Assembly: GCF_009914755.1 (NCBI RefSeq)
Contig: NC_060928.1
Direction: 5' to 3' (one strand)
DNA length: 64,000 bases
From: the human T2T-CHM13v2.0 reference genome, Homo sapiens
Shown here: positions 55,850 to 64,000 of the stretch, piece after piece
How the letters are laid out: the number at the start of each line of letters is the position of its first letter
Numbering within the stretch: position 1 is the stretch's first letter
The notes under the pieces: generated by a model
What the model was told of the DNA's origin: nothing
The model's input: only the letters and a program-made list of their open reading frames with translations
Database searches by the model: none
Position numbers and translations under genes: made by a program

Positions 55850-57192
55850 CATTTTTTAAATTTTTCTATACTTTCAACTTGTATTTTAGATTCAGGGAGT
55901 ACATTTGCAAGTTTGTTACCTTGGGTCCATTGCATAATGCTGAGGTTTGGAGTATGATTGATCCCATCACCCAGGTACCAAGTATAGTACCCAATAGTTA
56001 CTGTTGCAAGCCTTTCTCTCTCCCTCCCTCTTCTCTCTAGTAGTCCACACTGTCTATGGTTGCCATCTTTATGTCCATGAATACCCATTCTTTAACTCCC
56101 ACTTATGAATGAGAACATGTGATATTTCATTTTCTGTTCCTGAGTTAATGTGCTTAGGGTAATGGATTCCAGCTGCAACCATATTGCTGCAAAGAACATT
56201 ATTCCATTCTTTTTTATGGCTGCATAGTATTCCATGGTGTATACGTACCACATTTTCTTTATCCAATCCACCATTTGTGGGCACCTAGGTTGATTCCATG
56301 TCTTTGCTATTGTGAATAGTGCTGTGATTAACACACAAGTGCATGTGTCTTTTTAGAAGAAAGATTCATTTTCTTTTAGGTATATACCCAGTAATGGGAT
56401 TGCTGGGTCAAATGGTAGTTCTGCTTTAAGTTCTTTGAGAAATCTCCAAACTGCTTTCTACAGTGGCTGAACTAATTCACATTCCCACCAACACCGTAAA
56501 AGTGTGCCTTTTTCTCCACAGCTTCAGCAGGGTCAGATGTTTTCTGACTTTTTAATAATAGTTATTCTGACTGGTATGTGATGGCATCTCATTGTGGTTT
56601 TGATTTGCATTTCTCTGATGATTAGTAATGTGGAGCTTTTTAAATACATTTGTTGGCTGCTTGTATGTCTTCTTTAGAGAAGAGTCTGTTCATGTCTTTT
56701 GCCCACTTTTTAATGGAGTTGTTTTTTACTTGTTGAATTAAATTCCATATAAATTCTAGATATTAGACTTTTTTCAAATGCGTAGTATGTGGCTATTTTG
56801 TTCCATTCTCTAGGTTGTTTACTCTGTTGAGTTTCTTCTGCTGTGCAGAAGATCTTTAGTTTCATTAGGTCCTACCTGTCAATTTTTGTTTTTGTTGCAG
56901 TTGCTTTTGAGGACTTAGTCATAAATTCTTTCCTAAGGCCTATGTTAATGTTGTTGTTTTCTAGATGGTCTTCTAGGATTTTAATAGTTTGTGGTCTTAC
57001 ATTTAAGTCTTTAATCCACCTTGAGTTAATTTTTGTATATATAGAAAGGTAGGGGTCCAGTTTCATTCTTCAGCATATGGCTAGCCAGCTAGCTCATAAG
57101 CATTTATTAAATAAATTTCTTTCCCCATTGCTTATTTTTGTTACTTTGTCAAAGATGAGATGGCTGTAGGTGTGTGGTTTTGTTTTTGAGTT
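55850..57192 (-). mobile_element. Truncated older L1PA (about L1PA13-16) 3' end
   Basis: ORF2 C-terminal remnants (WIKKMWYVYTMEYYAAIK; [22 protein letters not shown]) and L1PA15/16-like 3' UTR. Confidence 0.93.
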
Positions 57193-57288
57193 CCATGTGG
57201 AACTGTAAATCTAATTAATCCTCTTTCTTTTGTATATTGCCCAGTCTCAGGTATGTTTTTATCAGCAGTGTGAAAATGGATTAATACA
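57193..57288 (+). mobile_element. 3' fragment of a THE1 (A/B-like) LTR
   Basis: 'ccatgtggaactgtaa...ttgcccagtctcaggtatg...ggattaataca'. Confidence 0.85.
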
Positions 57289-58377
57289 CTGTGTTTCTGC
57301 TAGAATACAGGCATGTTTTGGGAAGTCTGAAGGACTGTTGGGGCAGCTCACCTAGGATCCATGGGACAAAAGCCTGTCAGAAGGGAAAGAGAGAGTCAAA
57401 GAGTCAAAGGTGTTTGAAGACAATGGGCCAGTGTCCACAGAGAAGGGTGGTTCTAAAAACAGCATGCTATCTTCTATTCAGATCATCCTCTGGTCTTTAC
57501 AGATTCATGCTTCAGTGATAGTATAAGCAAGTGGTTAAAAAAATGTATGATAAATGGGTCATAAAGAGTATGAAGTGTCTTCTGCCAGAGGCACATGTAC
57601 CAGAATTGCAACGGGAGAAACATCTTCAGCAGAAAGTCAGCACCTTCACACTGGCCCCCATGGCTTCCTTGGGACGTGAGCAAGGATTACTAGAGGTGAT
57701 AAAATTAACTTTTTTTTTTTTTTTTTTTTTTTGTCAAATGACAGTGGTAATCAGCTTCAAAATAGCTCCCCATTTTCCTCATCTACTGGTATTCATGCTC
57801 GGTTTAGTTCCCTGTTAGCCATATATGTATGGCTTCTTTTTAGGAGGAGCAGTATAAGAAATAATCACAGAAATCTAAGAGGTAAAAAGGAACTGTAGGA
57901 ACCAAGTGGAAGTGAAAAAGTTTGGTTTGTAGCTCACACCAAAAACAGCTACACAGGTCTTTTAGAAATACTTTGCAATAATTTGGGATGAAGAATACTG
58001 TAGTACTTAGAAAGTAGGTGAAGACAGGGCCAAACATTATATAGTTATGCTATTTTTACCCTATTATACTTTTCTCTGATGGACTTAGCTTAGGGAAGAG
58101 GATTTATTTATTTATTTTAATTTGATGTCCATTTTAGTGTAGCTTCCTATCCATAAGTTCAAACAGGTGTTAGATATGTAATAAAAATATATTCTGTATT
58201 GTGGAACTATCTACAAATAACTTTAAGAGCCTAGAAATACAGGAAGTTATTTAAAAATAATAGACTCCTCAGATATATACGAAAAATTGAATCATAGACT
58301 GTTGTACAAAAGTCTCTGTCCAAACTTACACTGGGATAAATACATTACTCTTTGAAATTAACTTTTTTGTTAAATGA

Positions 58378-58802
<425 letters not shown>

Positions 58803-60499
58803 GTGACTGCTTTGTTTTTATACTTCCTACGTATATTATATTCTATTAATTATCAACATTTTTCCATTTGTCACAGATTGAATAGAATCTAATTCCTCAG
58901 TGAATTGATGCTGTTCTTTGTAACCTGGTAATTAGTATAAAAGACAAATTTATGGATTGTGTAAATCTGTTTTATGGTATACCCACAGCACATTTGATGT
59001 TTATACAACAACTACATTCAATCTTGACCTTTACCATATATTTATGGTTTAAGAAACCAAGAAGAAGAAACATGCCATCCACATCTTATCGTAATTGTGT
59101 GACAAGAGGAAGTTTGAAACCTTCATAGAAGAGAAAATGAACTCTCATTTGTTTTAGAGACAAGAATATACTCTTTTGACCCTTAATTAATTGAAATGAA
59201 TTTTCTGGAGGAAATAAAGGTTTACATGGACTGTAGATCAAGGAGTCTTTGTCTGGTGAGTCTTTGTAGAAGGAAATAAAATTCTAAAAATTGGCATTTC
59301 TTTTTCTCAAAACCTTTTCAGACAGAAATCTGACAATGTGCCTCTATTTATCTCTCTGATCCAGACCTTGGCTTTGTCTGTGTTTTTCAGTCTATCAAAA
59401 TGTCCACAAGATCAGCATACTGTACTTATGCAGTCAGTTCAAAAAGATGGAGGATTTTTCTAACTAGGGTTTTAAATATACATATTTTTTCCAACAGAGA
59501 GAAACACATTTTGTAAACTCCTTGAAGTTAGAGATTTATATTAGTTTCCTTCTTTATTCTCAGCACTAGATGTATCCTATCATGTAGTAGGACCTCATTA
59601 ATATCGTTGAAATCTTACTCTAACCCAAGGGTGTCAGGAAACATGAAAGACACTGTAAGTATCTGTATGTCCAACCAGAGTATGATCCCTATTATGCATA
59701 TCCTTGCTTGCTTTTATGATACTGTGTTCTAAGCATGCCCTTTCTTTGATCATGATTAGGCAAGAAGGCCTGCCATAGCCTGGGCCACTTAAAATCGAAA
59801 ACTTCCTTTCACCCTGTTTTGCTTTGCTTATGCTTTACAGTACTTCCTACTTTCCTGTCTTCTACCGTTCGTATGACTCATTCCACGACTTTTCATTCCA
59901 TAAAATTATAAAAGCTGGAATAATACTTGGGATAGGACTGACATTAACATCAAACCCTTAGTTAAAGAAAGAAATTTTTAAAAAAATTGAGGCTGGTAAG
60001 GAAGCTGTTTAGCTGGGCAGTACAAAATTGACCAGACCAAGGCCCAGGGGAAGCATAGGGAATGAGGACCAGAGAGCAGATGAAAATGTTGTTTCTCCTG
60101 ATAGCCTGCCCAGCTATAAGAATCCCCTATGGGGTTTTGCATTACTTTCATCCAAAGAGGAAAAGAGGAGTGATATTTGAGAATGTTGATAAAGTTAGTT
60201 CTGTCAACAAGTTTGGTGTATTGACACTGATTTCCTCTGGCTTGTTCTACACATTAAAAATAGATTGTGCTGTATTGGCGCTCCATCTGCCTTTCTTCAC
60301 AAACTCTTAAATCTTTGAAAAGAAAAACATGAGAACAGTGTACTGTTGATTTACTATCCATAGCTAATGTGTGATTTATTTTTAGCAACCAGCTAGACAT
60401 TTAGTTGAGTGCTTCATATTGAAGAAGACTTGTAATATAGGCTTAAAAGTTGTGATGACTTCAAAATCATGAATTTGTGTGCAAAACCACAAACTTGGG

Positions 60500-60555
60500 G
60501 TGTGTCTGTGTGTATGTGTATGTGTGTATGAGTGTGTATATATGTACATATATAC
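60500..60555. repeat. Imperfect (TG)n/(TA)n repeat
   Basis: Directly visible. Confidence 0.8.
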
Positions 60556-61289
60556 GTAAAATATGATGAGGCATGAGGCTTATTTTCATTTCTTAACTAA
60601 AGCCTACTGGTAGCACAAGACCATAATGTAGCCTAATAAAAGATTAGATTTTTATTTGAGGGTAAGCAGCACCTGTGTCAAAATCACCCTGGAGGGAAGG
60701 AGGCAGTAAGAGAAAAGGCTTTGTAGACATATTTAAATAAAGCAGGTCTCTACCTCATTGGAATTCCTGACTTATTAACTCAGTGGGTTCAAGAGTTCAT
60801 AAGAACATAAAATCCTCACATAATATTTAATATGCTTTATGAAATCAGAAGTGAGTTACAGAGATATTAGAGACAACAAAAGTCATTTAATCTTCTATCA
60901 GTTCACCTAAAGGCATTGTATTCAGCCCTAAGTTTTTTGTCCCAGTTTATCAGAGTTTACAACAATTATGTAATGTAAAATCAGGTTTTGTATATCAAAC
61001 AAACTCTGAATGGAATAAGATATAAAATGTACATGGTTAATAGTCTGGATTTTCCTGAGGTTTTAAAATTGGAATATTTAATTAAAAACTCAACTACTTT
61101 AATCATAAAAGATTATTGGCATGAAATTGAACTTGAAAATGAAATGTAATTAATGTATATAATCACCTATTTAGTCGCTGTTTCATTATAAAAAGATTTG
61201 ACTCATAAAAATAAATTTTATGTGAAAAATTAAGCAGGAAATTTCCAAGCAGCTTATCAATCAAACTTTATTAAATACCATTTTAAAAA

Positions 61290-61480
61290 GGTGCCAGAAA
61301 CCTTCACACCCATTACCTCATTTAGTCCATTCCACACATTGTCAGGCTTATTTTTAGTGTTTAGAAGACACCAAAGCTCACATCGTAAAGTCCCTTACTT
61401 GTCCATTATCAAAAAATAAGTAAGTGGCAGAGTTTGGGCTCATACCAGGATCTCTTTCCCAGTACTTTATCCTTGCTTTC
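61290..61480 (-). mobile_element. MIR
   Basis: 'cattacctcatttagtcc...taagtggcagagtttgggctcataccagg'. Confidence 0.6.
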
Positions 61481-62169
61481 TCTCTATCTTAGAATCATCA
61501 AAGTTATAGCCTTCAGCCTATCAAAGGACTACACACAAGACAAAATTTCCTAGTAAGTAAAGTACAAAAACACAGCTTCAACCCATTGCCAAAATACAAC
61601 AAATCTGAGGTAGGAGAAGTTGTTGTCCCCTTCCTTAATGATAGATTTCCTTAATGATAGAAACAATGCAATTTCGCTATATTGTGAATTGCATTCTGAG
61701 AACTCAATCACTATCATAAATTAGTATTTTTAAAAAATATTGTTATAGGCTAAGCATATGGAGTTGAAAATTTCTTAGAAAATAATTCCCTTAACTAATG
61801 CAAAAATCTGACTTAACCAATATATGACCTGAGAATCAGCCAACATTTTTCCTAATTTGAGATACCAGTAGAAAATCTAAATAATTCATATACAGGACAA
61901 TTGTATAACATATTATAAATTATTTTGATTTTGATTATTCTAAAATAAAGTATAAGTGCAAATTGCTCCTTATTGGAGAAAAACCTGAAGGTCCAAGTAT
62001 TTCTGGAGACAGTGTCAGAACAGTACAGACAAGATTCACAACTACAGAGCAAAACTGTTGTTAATAACTTGTCACTATAAAGCGCTGTCCATGTAGCATT
62101 GCATGCCTTTTTCCTTTTTTTCCCAAGTTTCTAATGCTACCCGAGTGCAACCACTTTTAGCAGAGAACA

Positions 62170-63115
62170 AGTCCCATCTTATGGAGAAATCAAGACCATT
62201 AAGGCGGTGTTCCTTCATCCAGATGCTTCTCTAGCAGAGCTACTGTGGCTTTCAGACAGACTTTCACCTTTCCTAACATCACAGAGGAACATCTACCTTT
62301 AATATTTTAAGGTCAAATTCTCTATTTGTGTTTGCAATGTCTATTTCCTCTCTCACCATTAGGATCTTGCTTTATCATTTATATTCTCTCTATATCATCT
62401 ACTTTTTATATTTATTCTTTTATTCTTTTCAGAGAAGATAGGGAGTTCAAATAATGTTATAGGACACATGTGGATCTCCACTTTCCATATGCAAATACAC
62501 TTTGATTCTCATCTACCTCTTAACTGTTCCTATTCAGCTTCTATAGGCTCCATTTTGTTCACTCTACCATTAAATTCTGATGTTCCCAGGGCATCATCCT
62601 CAATCATCTTTTATTCTCATTCTACATCTGTAATTCATCAAACTCAGCATTTTAAGTTCTGCTATATATAAATCCAAATCTGTTTTCAGCCTGGACTGTT
62701 CTACTTTTCTACTGCTTCCTGTACCTATATAATTATCCGCCTATGAGATATTGCCAACTGTATATATCAAAGCCCCCCTCAAATCAGCATGTCAAAAGTT
62801 TTATTAACCATATTTCCACTCATTTATGCATCTTCTTTACTCTAAACAGTATCACTACCAGATTTGAAGTGAAACACTTGAGAACTGTTTTACTCCCATC
62901 CCTTTCCTACCATATCCTACTAGTTCCTGCAACGTCTACCCCTTAATAGATTTCATTTCCTCCCCTCTCATTCCTGCCTTACCATAGGCTTCATGCTTTT
63001 ACATTTGTGTCACTGTAATATCCCCTTAACTGGTCTCACTTCCTTGAGTTTGACTGGCTTCCAATTTGTCACTCAATGCTATTAATAGAACCTCCCACTC
63101 TGATCACTTAGGTCT
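62170..63115 (+). mobile_element. L2 fragments
   Basis: Pyrimidine-rich sense L2 motifs ('tgttcccaggg', 'tccaaatctgttttcagcc', 'ttaactggtctc'). Confidence 0.6.
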
Positions 63116-63560
63116 CCAGTATCAGGTAAGTATCTAGACACTCATATTTTACTCTGTTCATCCAGTGATTCTTTATTATTAAAATGACCCTAAATATTAT
63201 AGATTTACTAAAAGCAAATTTCATGTGAATAATTAAAACAAAAAATATTTTTTATAGGAATCAGCATGAAACAATTTTGTGCCAAGATTAGCAAAATAAA
63301 TATATTTTAACAAAAGACAAATTTCTTGATCTTCCAAATGCTATAACTGCATTTGAAGTTGGCAGGTTTTCTTTTAGTAACTATTAGTCTCTAGAGGATA
63401 CCGAAGCAAGGTAACAATAGTTTTGTGAGAGCATTTTCTATTTTGACAGTGGAAACCAACTTTTCATGTTGGGATCATTCAACTTTTCTGTTGGGAACAT
63501 GGCATCCCTGGAAAGGGACCTTTGAAAAAAACTGTAATTCACTTTTTTCCAAACAGAATG

Positions 63561-64000
63561 CAGTGAATTCTGCTATAACATGACATATACATTCTTATAA
63601 ATCAACACACTGTGTAAAATCCTGCAATAAAACCACAGGGTTTATAGGGAAAATGAAGTGAAGGGCATGACATTCAAATACTTTGTCAGTGACTCCTAAG
63701 AGAAGATGTGAACTGAACAAAAATGGCAGCATAATTTTACCCATGTCAAATCATTAAGAAATACATGAATACAACAGTAAACATAACAGCTTACCTTGAA
63801 AGAAACCCTGAAGTTTTCTTGTGGGAGTGGCCATCAGAAGTATTATAAACGTGGAGTAAAATCAGTTCATGGTGGCTCATAATCAGACACCATCTGCTGA
63901 GGAAGCTAGAGATGTTTGAGGTGTGTGTATGCGCCAGGCCTATTTGGCCCAGTTTTTTTGCATTCACCTAGTGTTTCTTATGGATGAATATGTGAATAAA
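63561..64000. mobile_element. Probable Tigger-type DNA transposon running off the window end
   Basis: Starts with TIR-like 'cagtgaattctgctataacatgac'. Confidence 0.5.

Overview
Primate genomic DNA, most likely human or another catarrhine, judged from AluY/AluS/AluJ, L1PA and THE1/MST elements. The window is AT-rich, has no CpG island and looks intergenic or deep-intronic. I cannot support any protein-coding gene, RNA gene or processed pseudogene: the ORFs are Alu/LTR read-throughs, broken L1 ORF2 fragments or random AT-rich ORFs. Much of the window is interspersed repeat: about 13 Alus, two 5'-truncated L1PA elements, old L1M/L2/MIR fragments, ERV1 and MaLR LTRs including one full-length THE1D/MST-type element, and Tigger/hAT MITEs. 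Subfamily names are from memory of consensus sequences, not from a search. I found no convincing new biological system. The most unusual structure is a local rearrangement at ~44.66-46.16 kb: an ~80 bp inverted duplication, a nested near-perfect hairpin, and an inverted ~30 bp piece of a neighbouring LTR. Also notable are a ~100 bp non-tandem direct duplication, nested or inverted Alu pairs (one pair sharing a deletion), a perfect 12 bp hairpin next to a consensus splice donor, and a few candidate + strand exons.
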